A stretch of DNA of 64,000 nt from Oscillospiraceae bacterium (GTDB taxonomy: Bacteria; Bacillota; Clostridia; Oscillospirales; CAG-272), in contig SVUK01000004.1 in the NCBI GenBank assembly GCA_015063325.1, positions 2,583-66,582 of the forward strand, read 5' to 3'. Below, piece by piece: positions 1-9,987 of this stretch. The position numbers and the translations under genes were made by a program. How positions within the stretch are numbered: the stretch's first letter is position 1; every line of letters begins with the position of its first letter. The notes under the pieces were generated by a model, which searched no databases, was not told where the DNA came from, and saw nothing but the letters and a program-made list of their open reading frames with translations.

Positions 1-1
1 T

Positions 2-181
2 AAGGTTGTAAAGGTTATGGCAGTCAAGTATATTGATAACGGTACCTCCTATTCTGTCATCGCGGATGTTTACAACTTAAACACTGCTGCAAAACAAGCA
101 ACCGAGCTGGTCGTTATTCCGTATGTTGGCGATAAACTCGGCGACGCTGCGATTGCAACCTACAACAGCGTATTCAACTAA
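2..181 (+). CDS. 3' end of a gene running in from the left edge; C-terminus resembles the shared surface-protein domain (partial)
   Basis: Open frame from base 2 to TAA 179-181: KVVKVMAVKYIDNGTSYSVIADVYNLNTAAKQATELVVIPYVGDKLGDAAIATYNSVFN*; followed by the RBS of the next small ORF. Confidence 0.6.
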   Translation, partial: KVVKVMAVKYIDNGTSYSVIADVYNLNTAAKQATELVVIPYVGDKLGDAAIATYNSVFN

Positions 182-202
182 TATAAAGGAAGGGAAAATA
201 AA

Positions 203-325
203 ATGAAAAAAACTTATCAAACCCCGGCAATTCTTGTTTTTCCGGTTGATTGCGCAGACTTGCTGACTGCATCGACAGATAACGACACTAATTGGGATAA
301 TCGTTGGAATATTGACATTGTTTAA
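203..325 (+). CDS. 40-aa small peptide, YxxP...DLLTAS leader family (copy 1)
   Basis: RBS AAGGAAGG, ATG 203: MKKTYQTPAILVFPVDCADLLTASTDNDTNWDNRWNIDIV*; stop overlaps the RBS of the next gene; two similar ORFs elsewhere in the window. Confidence 0.8.
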   Translation: MKKTYQTPAILVFPVDCADLLTASTDNDTNWDNRWNIDIV

Positions 326-338
326 GGAGAAAGAGAAA

Positions 339-2096
339 ATGAAAAGAGTATTCAGCGTTTTATTGATTCTTGCAATGCTCCTCGGCACGCTCATCATTCC
401 TGTTTCTGCATTGGATCCGCAGGTTCCCGAAGTTCTCGGCGCCTCTATTCGCACCGAGGGCAACCAGGGACTTCGCTTCGTCGGCCGTATCAAAAAGACC
501 GGTTCCATTACTCTAACGCACGGCTCGGAGGCAAACTTCGGATTCCTGATTATTCCGGAATCCTCCACCGATGGCAGCGCCATCACCAAGGATACTGACC
601 ATGTCAGCCAAATTCCTGCCGCTTTGGAAATGGGACAGGGCAGTGTGGAAGCCGCAGGCTTAACCTACGATCCAAATTACTACTATTTCTGCGTAGTACA
701 AATCAATATCCCGGCAAACTTCTATGGCACCAACTTTGTTGCAAGAGCTTATATTAACAATGGCGGCTCCTACATTTATTCCGATAGCGGCGAAACGCGC
801 GCAAAACGCTCCATTCAGTATGTGGCGCAGACCATTGCCGGAATGGGCGGCGATATTCCGGCGTTCATTACCACGGTTTTGACCAAGTGTGCCGAAGAGG
901 GCTACGACGTTTATGTCAACGGCAACCGCTTCTTCCCGTCTTCAGGCAGCTATGCTTCCAGCACGCTGCAAAACACCTATGCTCGCCTGACCACCGCAAA
1001 GAAACTGAACGTGGCATACCTTGGCGGTTCTATCACAAAGGGCGTTGGCGCTTCCGATGCGAACACCACCTCTTGGCGCGCGCTGACCACCAGCTGGCTG
1101 AAAACCAATTTCCCAGATGCTGACATTACCGAAACCAACGCGGGTATCGGCGGCACCGGCTCGGTCTTTGGCTGCTACCGCGCCATTGACGACCTGAAAC
1201 TGGAGAACGATTCCAAGAAACCCGATTTGCTCTTCATCGACTTTGCCATCAACGATCAATACGACGGCATTACAGTGGCGGAAGTAAAGCAATATATGGA
1301 AACCATCGTCCGCACGGTCTACGAGTATTCGCCTTATTGCGACATCGTCTTCGTTTACACCACCGACCGCACTCGCCGTAATTATACCGATTCTTCCAAT
1401 TATCCCACGCTCGCGGCACAGCATGACGTTGCAACCAAGTACGGTCTGACAGAGATCTACGTTGGTAAACAGCTCTGCGAGGCAAAGAGCATTACCAGCA
1501 CATCTACTTGGGATAGCTCCAATTTGTTTGCCGACATTGTTCACCCGAACGATTCCGGCCACGCACTGTATGCCGGCTACGTCACCTCGGTCCTGAACAC
1601 AGAGCTGACCAAATCGCTCAACCCCTACGGCTATGTGGCTCATTCCATCCTTTCGGCTTCCTACAGCCCGCTGACGGCTCCGGCAAGATATTTCTTCAAC
1701 GCTTCTTCCGGCAAAACCACCGGCTTCACCCTGTATGAAGGAACGAACCTGGACGAAAAGGGCTATCTGAAACCCGAGCCCGGCGAGACCGGCGCACAGG
1801 TCAAGTTCACCTTCGTCGGCACGGGCTTGCAGCTTTGGACATACGCAAGAACGGTATCTTCTACCATCAGCGTAAACATTGACGGTTCTTCTAATAGCTA
1901 TACCATTCAGCGTAGCGGTTCGGACGGCAACAAGCCCTACCGCGTGGCTTCCGGACTTTCCAATACCACGCATACCGTCACCATTACGGTCACGGCAACC
2001 AGCTCCACCACGTCCAGCAACGTGCTTGACCTGATGGCACTGATGGTAGAGGGCGACCCGAACTTTACCGGTGTAACCTTTATCAATGTAAACTGA
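339..2096 (+). CDS. Secreted SGNH/GDSL hydrolase with an N-terminal uncharacterised domain and a C-terminal beta-sandwich
   Basis: Signal peptide (MKRVFSVLLILAMLLGTLIIPVSA); SGNH blocks YLGGSIT, NAGIGGTGS, DFAIND, DIVHPNDSGH; RBS AAGGAG supports ATG 339. Confidence 0.85.
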   Translation: MKRVFSVLLILAMLLGTLIIPVSALDPQVPEVLGASIRTEGNQGLRFVGRIKKTGSITLTHGSEANFGFLIIPESSTDGSAITKDTDHVSQIPAALEMGQGSVEAAGLTYDPNYYYFCVVQINIPANFYGTNFVARAYINNGGSYIYSDSGETRAKRSIQYVAQTIAGMGGDIPAFITTVLTKCAEEGYDVYVNGNRFFPSSGSYASSTLQNTYARLTTAKKLNVAYLGGSITKGVGASDANTTSWRALTTSWLKTNFPDADITETNAGIGGTGSVFGCYRAIDDLKLENDSKKPDLLFIDFAINDQYDGITVAEVKQYMETIVRTVYEYSPYCDIVFVYTTDRTRRNYTDSSNYPTLAAQHDVATKYGLTEIYVGKQLCEAKSITSTSTWDSSNLFADIVHPNDSGHALYAGYVTSVLNTELTKSLNPYGYVAHSILSASYSPLTAPARYFFNASSGKTTGFTLYEGTNLDEKGYLKPEPGETGAQVKFTFVGTGLQLWTYARTVSSTISVNIDGSSNSYTIQRSGSDGNKPYRVASGLSNTTHTVTITVTATSSTTSSNVLDLMALMVEGDPNFTGVTFINVN

Positions 2097-2124
2097 ACAA
2101 AAACAGAACAATAAAGTATAGATA

Positions 2125-2164
2125 AGCAAAACGGAGCCGGAAAATTCCAGCTCCGTTTTGCTTT
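2125..2164 (+). terminator. Intrinsic terminator
   Basis: AGCAAAACGGAGC...GCTCCGTTTTGCT stem followed by T residues. Confidence 0.7.
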
Positions 2165-2228
2165 AAAAATCGGACGGTTCAATGTAAACTTTTTTGTTCT
2201 TTTCCAGTTTTTTTCGACTGCTTTCATC

Positions 2229-2257
2229 TTGACTTTTCCAATTCCATGTGATAAAAT
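2229..2257 (+). promoter_or_regulatory. Sigma-A-type promoter
   Basis: TTGACT-17 bp-TAAAAT with an extended -10 TG. Confidence 0.6.
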
Positions 2258-2318
2258 AAAAATGAATAAGAATCGCTTCCGTTCGGGAGAAAAAATAAAC
2301 AAAGGCGGTAAAAATCAA

Positions 2319-5300
2319 ATGAAAACAAAGATTCGTGTTCTGATCAGTGTTTTGCTCGTGTCCGTTCTGCTGTTTTCAGCGCTTTCGGTTGTTGTGAATG
2401 CGCAAAAAGCGGAATCTCAAACCATTTTTGCGGACGAGCTGTTCGATCTTCTTTTTCAGGGGAAAATACCGCTGACCGACGAAGAGCGTGCCTATCTGCG
2501 CTCCGGCGAGACGCTTTCCGTAACCTATTCAATGGATGACGTAAACGAATCGGATGTTGTTATTGTTAATCCGGAGTATACGGGACTTTTGCAAATTACG
2601 GCAAAAGAGGTCAAAAAAACGCTCGAAAACGGAATAGAAGTAATTTGGACGCCTAAATCGGTTTGCGCAAACGGTGAAAGCGAGACCAATCTTGAAGAAA
2701 AAAATAACTACTACAGCTATACTTATGACAAGCAGTGGCATTCAGGAGATGTTACGGTTACCGTTCAATATACCATGAGCATTTTGGTTCCGGAAACGGT
2801 TCTTAATCGAATTTTGACGGCTGACATTGATGCGGTCGTTGCCAAGCGCGCGAAGATTATTAGCGATTTTAATCAGGCGAAAAACGACTACGATAAATAT
2901 CAAAACGATCTCTCGAATTATCAAACCGCGCATGCTCAATGGGTGATTGATAAGCAGGCGTATGACGATTATTTGACCCAAAAAGAAGCATACGACCAAA
3001 GTGTAGCCGATTACAATGACCTTGCCGCGCAATGGCAGACATACAACGACTATCAAACGGCTCTTGAAGAATACGGAACCAAGAGCCAGCAATATACGTC
3101 CTACAAAGCGACCATGGACAAGGTAGATGCCTGCCTTGCCATTATGGAGAGTATGTTTTCGGTTGCCGAGGAGGGCGAATATAGCTTTTATCAAAGTTTG
3201 GCCGGGAAATCGGACGACGCAATTCTAAACGATTTAACGGTGCTGACCCAATTTGGTGTAGTGAGTGCTGATATTGAAGATGCAAAAGAGGAAATTGATG
3301 CAATTAAAAGTATATTGAGTTCGTATCAAGAGAAGCTTAGCGCATCTTACGAGACAGATTTTGCAAAAAAAGAAACGTTGTTCCAAGAATATACAAACAG
3401 TTATAGCAATTTACGTAAAAGTTTTAAAAACCTTGATAACTATTTGAATGATATTTACGGAAAGGATGGAGTGCAGCAGGGGATCGAATCTGACTATTCG
3501 GATAGTGCTTTTCATTTTGCCCAATTTTTGACGCAACTTACAAATTATAAGGGACAGCTGGTGGCGGAACAAGCCGACCCGAATAAAATTACCTTCCCGG
3601 AATCCTATTTGGAGGAGCCAACTGCTCCAACGGTAGTCACCCAGCCGGAAGAACAGCTTCCCGAAACCAATCCGGCAGACGAGCCTGCGCCCACCGCTGT
3701 AAAAAATCCCGGTGCAGAACCCACAGAGCCGCCCTCGGTTGCCAATCCCGGCGAGTCTGTCGATTTTTCGCAGTTGAGCCCGGAGGAAACCGCATTGTTG
3801 GCAAAGTATGATGCCAACGAGCTTCCGGATCGGAGCGGCGAGAAAAAGAGCGAGCCGCAAACCCATCAGTTTGGTGAAACGGTAACAAAATCGATTGTTC
3901 AAACAGTAGAGTACAAAAATAAACGTACCGTTACTTTCCTGAATGAACGCGGTGACCAAAAAGGAGAAACGCTCGTTCTCGAATACGGGGAGGAAATTAC
4001 CGTAACGCCTCCGGAACTGCTCCAGTCGGATTTAAAATCCAACACCATTGCAAAAACATACGAATTTGACGGTTGGTGCCTTACCACAAACAAGAGCAAA
4101 CTATTTTCCTTTAAAACTCCAATTACCTCCAATATCAAACTTGCGCCCCACTATATTGAAACGTTAATCGAATATACAGTAACATGGGAAGTAGATGACA
4201 GAATTATCCGGCAAGAAAAAATTGCATACGGCGAATTGCCGCCGAAACCCCAAACACCGACAAGAAAAGATGATGGAACCGGAAACTTTATCTATTTGTT
4301 TGACGGTTGGTCTCCCGATGTCAAGGCGGTTGAAGGAGATGTAACTTATGTTGCAACATGGAGAGCTTCTCCGCGTACTTGCAAAATTACTTGGCAACTT
4401 TGGAAAGGGGAATCTAGCACCATTTCGGTAAACAATGGTGATATCCCCGTATATCAAAACGGTGCAACGCCGCAAAGACCCTCCGACGAAAACTACAGCT
4501 ATGAGTTTTTGCAATGGTCGCCAAAAATTGAAGCGGCAACAAAAGATATTATTTATACTGCCGTATGGAAGGCTACTTCCCTGAATCCACAGTCAGAAAC
4601 TTATACCATCACATGGGATTTCGATAACGGTGCAGACCCGGTTCAGGAACAGCTGGTAGCCGGAACGGTCCCGGAATACAGCGGAATTCCCACAAAACCG
4701 TCCAGCGCGCAATATAGCTATGAATTTGACGGTTGGACTCCGGAGCCTGTCGCGGTTACCGGCAATGCTACCTATAAAGCAAAATGGAAAACCACTTTAC
4801 GCGAATATACCATTACGTGGGATCTGGGATACGAAGGCGGCACGCCGAAAACAGAAACACTGAAATACGGCGATCCCTTGAACTATGGGGAAACGCCTAC
4901 CAGACCGGCGGAAGGGGATACCGTTTATACCTTTATCGGTTGGAATCCTGCGCCCGGCGCAACGGTAACGGGTGCCGCAACCTATACCGCGCAGTGGACG
5001 ACCAACGCAACGCTTTATACCATTACGTGGAACGTCGATGGAAAAGAGACCCACGTGCAATATTACGGCGGCGTGACCCCAATATACGACGGAACGCCTA
5101 CCAAAGAGCAGGACGCGCAATATACCTATGAATTTGACGGGTGGGATAAAGAGATTGTTCCGGCAGATGGTGACGTTACCTACACTGCTCAATGGAAAAC
5201 CACTTTGCGCGAATATACCATTACGTGGGTCGTAGACGGAAAGGAAACTACTGTACAGGTTGCTTACGGAAAGGATCCGAATTATCGGGGAACACCGACA

Positions 5301-6851
5301 AAGGCATCAACTGCATCCAACGTCTACGAATTTAACGGCTGGTCACCTGCGCTCGCTAAGGTCGAGGGCGATGCCACATATACCGCTCAGTGGACAAAAA
5401 CGCCGCGCGAATATACTATTACATGGGACCTTGACAATGGAACCGAACCGATTACAAGTCAGGTCGCCTATGGCAAAATCCCCACATTTCCTGAAGAATT
5501 TCCGCTTGTCAAAGCACCGGATGAACAATACAGCTATGAATTTGATAAGTGGGAACCCGAGCTGAAGGCGGTGACCAGAAACGAGACTTATACCGCCAAA
5601 TGGAAGACGGGGCCGCGGAGCTTTGAGATCACATGGAATCTTGGCTATGGAGAACCGGCAACGAGTACGGCAGAGGTTATGAGCGGTGAAACGCCCGTTC
5701 CGCCCGAAGGCGCAACCGCGCGCCCGGACGACGAACACTATCGCTATACTTTCGTCGGCTGGTCGCCCGAAATCGCTCCTGCAAATGCCGCTGTCACCTA
5801 CACGGCAGTATGGGAAAAAGTGCCGCTGGTAACGGATGTGGAGGGAAATACGTACCCCACGCAAATTGATGGCGAAACGGTCGTCGTAGATGCGGCGCAA
5901 AGTCAACTTGGCTTGAAAAACGTTATTGATTTTGCCGCCGAAGAAAACAAAACCATAACGATAAAGCGTGAAAACACCGAGTTTATTTTGCAGGCAAAGA
6001 TGTTCAAAGAACAGTTGCCCGGTGTGAATGGCATCCGTTGGGTTGAAGATACCGAGAACGGCGGTTTCCGCGTGGAATTGATCAATTCTGATGGAAACGC
6101 AATGGAAACTAAACTGACCTATCAGGTTACAATTCCCACCGTTGACGATAACCGGAAACTGAGCATTTATGAGCTTGACGGCGAAGGGATGACCGAGATT
6201 AAATATTACATAATGGAGTCTATCCCCAACCGTTTGACCTACACGGCGCAGGTCGGCAAAACGGTCGTTTGCAAAATTCGGTATAAACTGGTGATTGAGG
6301 GAACTTATTTCTCCAACCTTCCTGATTTTGCGGAACCCGGAGAGACAATCTCTCTTGCCGCGGTGAGGTGCGAGACCGGCTTTGAGGTTATCGGTGCAAC
6401 GCTGATCCACGAGGATGGAACTGAAGAAAAAATCGGAACCTCCTTTACCATGCCTGCCGAATTCGTAACGGTCAGATTGCAGGTCAATCCCATTCAATAC
6501 CATATCGTTTTCAAGTGCAACGATCAGGTGATTTCCGATAAATCCTATGACTACGGCGAAAATATTGAAGTTCCTGCCGATCCCACTTTGCCGGATGAGG
6601 AAGGGTACAAGTTTGAGTTTGTCGGTTGGATTCCCCAGGTCAGCCAGACCGTGGCAGGTGATGCTCGCGAACAGGTCTATGAGGCGAAGTTTGTCAAAGT
6701 TCCCAACGCGCCGCAGGTGGAAGAAAAAACCGGATTCATTGATTCTCCTGCGTTTGCAGTTCTGATTATGGCATTGATCGTCGGCGCTGTGACTGCCGTT
6801 GCTGTCGTTGCAGTTGTTGTTCGGATGAAGAAAAAATCTGATGATAACTAA
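2319..6851 (+). CDS. Large membrane-anchored surface protein: coiled coil, Pro-rich segment and multiple InlB B-repeat/Listeria-Bacteroides-type repeats
   Basis: Signal peptide; roughly 9-10 repeats of about 70 aa (YTITW...PTK...YEFDGW.P...V.GDATYTAQW); C-terminal TM helix followed by RMKKK. Confidence 0.85.
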   Translation: MKTKIRVLISVLLVSVLLFSALSVVVNAQKAESQTIFADELFDLLFQGKIPLTDEERAYLRSGETLSVTYSMDDVNESDVVIVNPEYTGLLQITAKEVKKTLENGIEVIWTPKSVCANGESETNLEEKNNYYSYTYDKQWHSGDVTVTVQYTMSILVPETVLNRILTADIDAVVAKRAKIISDFNQAKNDYDKYQNDLSNYQTAHAQWVIDKQAYDDYLTQKEAYDQSVADYNDLAAQWQTYNDYQTALEEYGTKSQQYTSYKATMDKVDACLAIMESMFSVAEEGEYSFYQSLAGKSDDAILNDLTVLTQFGVVSADIEDAKEEIDAIKSILSSYQEKLSASYETDFAKKETLFQEYTNSYSNLRKSFKNLDNYLNDIYGKDGVQQGIESDYSDSAFHFAQFLTQLTNYKGQLVAEQADPNKITFPESYLEEPTAPTVVTQPEEQLPETNPADEPAPTAVKNPGAEPTEPPSVANPGESVDFSQLSPEETALLAKYDANELPDRSGEKKSEPQTHQFGETVTKSIVQTVEYKNKRTVTFLNERGDQKGETLVLEYGEEITVTPPELLQSDLKSNTIAKTYEFDGWCLTTNKSKLFSFKTPITSNIKLAPHYIETLIEYTVTWEVDDRIIRQEKIAYGELPPKPQTPTRKDDGTGNFIYLFDGWSPDVKAVEGDVTYVATWRASPRTCKITWQLWKGESSTISVNNGDIPVYQNGATPQRPSDENYSYEFLQWSPKIEAATKDIIYTAVWKATSLNPQSETYTITWDFDNGADPVQEQLVAGTVPEYSGIPTKPSSAQYSYEFDGWTPEPVAVTGNATYKAKWKTTLREYTITWDLGYEGGTPKTETLKYGDPLNYGETPTRPAEGDTVYTFIGWNPAPGATVTGAATYTAQWTTNATLYTITWNVDGKETHVQYYGGVTPIYDGTPTKEQDAQYTYEFDGWDKEIVPADGDVTYTAQWKTTLREYTITWVVDGKETTVQVAYGKDPNYRGTPTKASTASNVYEFNGWSPALAKVEGDATYTAQWTKTPREYTITWDLDNGTEPITSQVAYGKIPTFPEEFPLVKAPDEQYSYEFDKWEPELKAVTRNETYTAKWKTGPRSFEITWNLGYGEPATSTAEVMSGETPVPPEGATARPDDEHYRYTFVGWSPEIAPANAAVTYTAVWEKVPLVTDVEGNTYPTQIDGETVVVDAAQSQLGLKNVIDFAAEENKTITIKRENTEFILQAKMFKEQLPGVNGIRWVEDTENGGFRVELINSDGNAMETKLTYQVTIPTVDDNRKLSIYELDGEGMTEIKYYIMESIPNRLTYTAQVGKTVVCKIRYKLVIEGTYFSNLPDFAEPGETISLAAVRCETGFEVIGATLIHEDGTEEKIGTSFTMPAEFVTVRLQVNPIQYHIVFKCNDQVISDKSYDYGENIEVPADPTLPDEEGYKFEFVGWIPQVSQTVAGDAREQVYEAKFVKVPNAPQVEEKTGFIDSPAFAVLIMALIVGAVTAVAVVAVVVRMKKKSDDN

Positions 6852-6887
6852 CGCAAAGAAAAATAAAAAGCTATAAAATCAATCAAA

Positions 6888-6935
6888 AATCGGGGCTGCT
6901 TTCTCTTGCAAATGCAAGAGGAATCAGTCCCGATT
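6888..6935. terminator. Hairpin between convergent genes
   Basis: AATCGGGGCTG..TTCTCTTGCA / TGCAAGAGGAA..CAGTCCCGATT inverted repeat. Confidence 0.6.
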
Positions 6936-6959
6936 CCGAAAAAAGCGTTTTACGGTTGA

Positions 6960-7610
6960 TCATGTTGGGAAAACAAGCGTTTTCCATTCCGGCGCAATTG
7001 AAAATTCCCGAATTTCATTTCCGTCTGGAAAACTGATTTTGCGGCAGGCAAGCAGAATCCCTTTTTGACCGATCCCGGCAGGCAAGGAAGGTCCCCCATA
7101 GCGCCGATCTCCCAAAATCGGGTGCTTGCGAGAGGCAAATTGCACGCGGATTTGGTGCGTCCTGCCGGTGACCGGTTCAATCGACAAAAGCGAGATTTTG
7201 CCGATCCCGGTATCTTCGGCGGTGTTTTCCACCCGATAGCGCAAAACTGCCTTTTTTACCCCACGCCGCTCGCGCTCAACGGGAAAAACTTTGTTTCTTG
7301 CCCGATCATAATAAAGCAGGTCGGAAAGCTCGCCGGTTTCGGCTTCCAACACGCCGGCAACGGCGGCGAGGTATTCTTTCTTAAGGGAACCTTCGCGCGC
7401 AAGTTCCGAAAGCCGAGCCGCCTCGTTTGGTGTTTTGGCATAGAGGATCAAACCGCTAACTTCGCGGTCAAGGCGGTGGATTACGCCTGCATAGCCGTCG
7501 TTTTGCGTTGCAAGAAGATCGGCGAGCCCACGTCCGCCGTCCTGTTCGCTCAATATGCCAACCGGTTTGCGGACAACCCAGTAACGCTCGTTTTCAAATA
7601 GAATTTCCAA
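6960..7610 (-). CDS. RluA-family RNA pseudouridine synthase
   Basis: Motifs KPVG, HRLDREVSG, TGRTHQIRVQ, HPILGD; TTG start after AAAGGA. Confidence 0.92.
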   Translation of the reverse strand: MEILFENERYWVVRKPVGILSEQDGGRGLADLLATQNDGYAGVIHRLDREVSGLILYAKTPNEAARLSELAREGSLKKEYLAAVAGVLEAETGELSDLLYYDRARNKVFPVERERRGVKKAVLRYRVENTAEDTGIGKISLLSIEPVTGRTHQIRVQFASRKHPILGDRRYGGPSLPAGIGQKGILLACRKISFPDGNEIREFSIAPEWKTLVFPT

Positions 7611-7639
7611 GGCAGATTCCTTTCTGAAATGAGGATGGT

Positions 7640-8401
7640 ATGAAAGACTTTTTTAATTTGCAGACCTTGCGCCGCACCTGCGCCTTTTTGCCGGAGGACC
7701 GTATCTTTTTTTACGAGAAATGCGATTCCACCAATACGGCGGCAAAGAAATGGGCGAAAGATGGGAACCGGGGAGCCGCATTGTTCGCCGCCGCCGCACA
7801 AACGGCAGGCAGGGGGAGAATGGGACGAAGCTTTTTTTCTCCGCCAAAAAGCGGCGTTTATTTTACGTTGGTCAAAACGCTTGACCGTCCGGAAAATCCC
7901 GTCGGCGCGACATGTGCCGCCGCCGTTGCCGTTCTGCAAGCAATTTTTGAGATATGCGGCGTTACCTGCGAAATTAAATGGGTCAACGATTTGTTTTATC
8001 AAGGGAAAAAGGTTTGCGGTATTCTTACCGAATCGGTCGTTTGCGGCAACCAAACCGCAATGCTGATCGGCGTCGGCGTCAATCTTCGCCCGGCGATATT
8101 TCCGCCGGAGCTTGCCGAAATTGCCGGAAGTTTGGGGGACGAAAAAACGCCGCGCGTCGATCTGATTGCCGGGATTTGCAAACGGTTGCTTTCATTTTTG
8201 AAGGCGCCGTCTTCCGAAAAATGGATCGACGACTACCGCCGGTATTCCTGCGTGCTCGGCAGAAAGATCACGTTCCAAAGGGAAGGGATCGTCACCGAGG
8301 GAACGGCGCTGGAGATCACCGTCGACGGCGGATTGCTCGTCCGCACGGCGTCTGGGGAGGAAATTCTGCGCACCGGGGAGATCACGCTGCGCACCATTTG
8401 A
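7640..8401 (+). CDS. birA: Biotin-protein ligase without the N-terminal HTH
   Basis: DSTN, QTAGRGRMGRSF, KWVND, KKVCGILTE motifs. Confidence 0.92.
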   Translation: MKDFFNLQTLRRTCAFLPEDRIFFYEKCDSTNTAAKKWAKDGNRGAALFAAAAQTAGRGRMGRSFFSPPKSGVYFTLVKTLDRPENPVGATCAAAVAVLQAIFEICGVTCEIKWVNDLFYQGKKVCGILTESVVCGNQTAMLIGVGVNLRPAIFPPELAEIAGSLGDEKTPRVDLIAGICKRLLSFLKAPSSEKWIDDYRRYSCVLGRKITFQREGIVTEGTALEITVDGGLLVRTASGEEILRTGEITLRTI

Positions 8402-8446
8402 GCAAAAATCGAAATGGCTACCGCAAAAAACGGTAGCCTTTTTTCG

Positions 8447-9766
8447 TTATGCTTTTACAAATTCTTTGTAAATGGCGTTGGTTGCGCCTTCCAGATCGGC
8501 TTCCTCAACGCCGACGATGATGTTGAGCTCGCTCGATCCCTGGTCGATCATGCGAATATTGATGCCGGCGTTGGAGATCGCGTCGCAAACGCGCGCGGCG
8601 GTACCTTTGGATTTGACCATTCCGCGACCCACAACGGCAAGCAGGGCAAGACCGTCCTCAATGACGATGCTGTCCGGGCGGACCATGCGGTTGATCGAGG
8701 TGAGCAGACGTTCGCGGTAGGGGTCGATCGAAGCGGTGGAAACCACAACGCTCATGGTGTCAACGCCCGAGGGCAGGTGCTCAAAGGAAATTTCGTATTC
8801 CTCCAAAACCTCCAAAACGCGGCGTCCAAAGCCGATTTCGGCGTTCATCATATCCTTTTCAATGGTAATAACCGAGAGCCCCTTCTTTCCGGCAATTCCG
8901 GTAATCACCGTGTCGGCGTCGTAGTCGTTGGTCGCCGCAACGATCATGGTGCCGGGCTCCTCCGGGGCGTTGGTGTTGCGAATGTTGATCGGAATACCGG
9001 CGTAGCGCACCGGGAAGATCGCGTCCTCGTGCAAAACGGTGGCGCCCATATAGGAAAGCTCGCGCAGTTCGCGGTAGGTCACAGTACGAATCGGGCGCGG
9101 ATTATTCACAATGCGCGGATCCGCCATCAAACAGCCGGAAACGTCCGTCCAGTTCTCATAAAGCGTTGCTTCCGCCGCGCGTGCAACGATCGATCCTGTA
9201 ATATCCGATCCGCCGCGGCTGAAAGTTTTAATAGTGCCGTTGGGCATCACGCCGTAAAAGCCGGGAATCACCGCGTAGGGGTGATTGGCAAGCTCCTCGC
9301 GCAAAAGCGTGTTGGTTTTATCCTCGTCAAAGGTTCCGTTTTCGCGGAAGCAGACGACCGATTCGGCGTCAATAAAGGAAAAGCCGAGGAATTTTGCAAG
9401 AATCAGCGAATTAAGGTATTCTCCGCGAGAGGCGGCAAAATCGCGCCCCGAATGGTGCAGAATCGCGTTTTTAATATACTCCAGCTCACCGGTAATGTCA
9501 TATTGTAAATTGAGGTCGCGAATGATGCTGTTGTAGCGCTCGGCAATTTCGGCAAAGCATTCGGAAATATCCTCGCGGTTGTGAGCCAATTCGTAGCAGC
9601 GGTAAAGCAAATCGGTCACCTTTGTGTCGGCGGAAAAACGCTTTCCGGGCGCGGAGGCAACAACATAGCGGCGTTCGGGATCTGCTTTGACAATCTCGGC
9701 AACGCGGCGGAAGTGTTCGGCGTCGGCAAGCGAGGAGCCGCCGAATTTGACTACTTTGATTTTCAT
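8447..9766 (-). CDS. Aspartate kinase with two ACT domains
   Basis: VVKFGGSS, TFSRGGSDITG, WTDVSG..ADPR motifs; C-terminal ACT domains. Confidence 0.93.
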   Translation of the reverse strand: MKIKVVKFGGSSLADAEHFRRVAEIVKADPERRYVVASAPGKRFSADTKVTDLLYRCYELAHNREDISECFAEIAERYNSIIRDLNLQYDITGELEYIKNAILHHSGRDFAASRGEYLNSLILAKFLGFSFIDAESVVCFRENGTFDEDKTNTLLREELANHPYAVIPGFYGVMPNGTIKTFSRGGSDITGSIVARAAEATLYENWTDVSGCLMADPRIVNNPRPIRTVTYRELRELSYMGATVLHEDAIFPVRYAGIPINIRNTNAPEEPGTMIVAATNDYDADTVITGIAGKKGLSVITIEKDMMNAEIGFGRRVLEVLEEYEISFEHLPSGVDTMSVVVSTASIDPYRERLLTSINRMVRPDSIVIEDGLALLAVVGRGMVKSKGTAARVCDAISNAGINIRMIDQGSSELNIIVGVEEADLEGATNAIYKEFVKA

Positions 9767-9987
9767 ACTGTCCAAAGTCCTTTCGGGAAATCAAAATCAA
9801 TACTTATTATATTATATGGACAATTTTGGGCTTTGTCAAGAAGAAACGCAAAAAAAGGGCAAATCAAACGAAGGTGGAATCGGAAATTTCAGGAAATGTC
9901 GTCGTTTTGCTTGAAAAAAGGACGATTTTCGCGTATAATGAAAAAGACAGGGGAAAACCCGGTCGAAGAAAGGCGATTTTCAATGTT

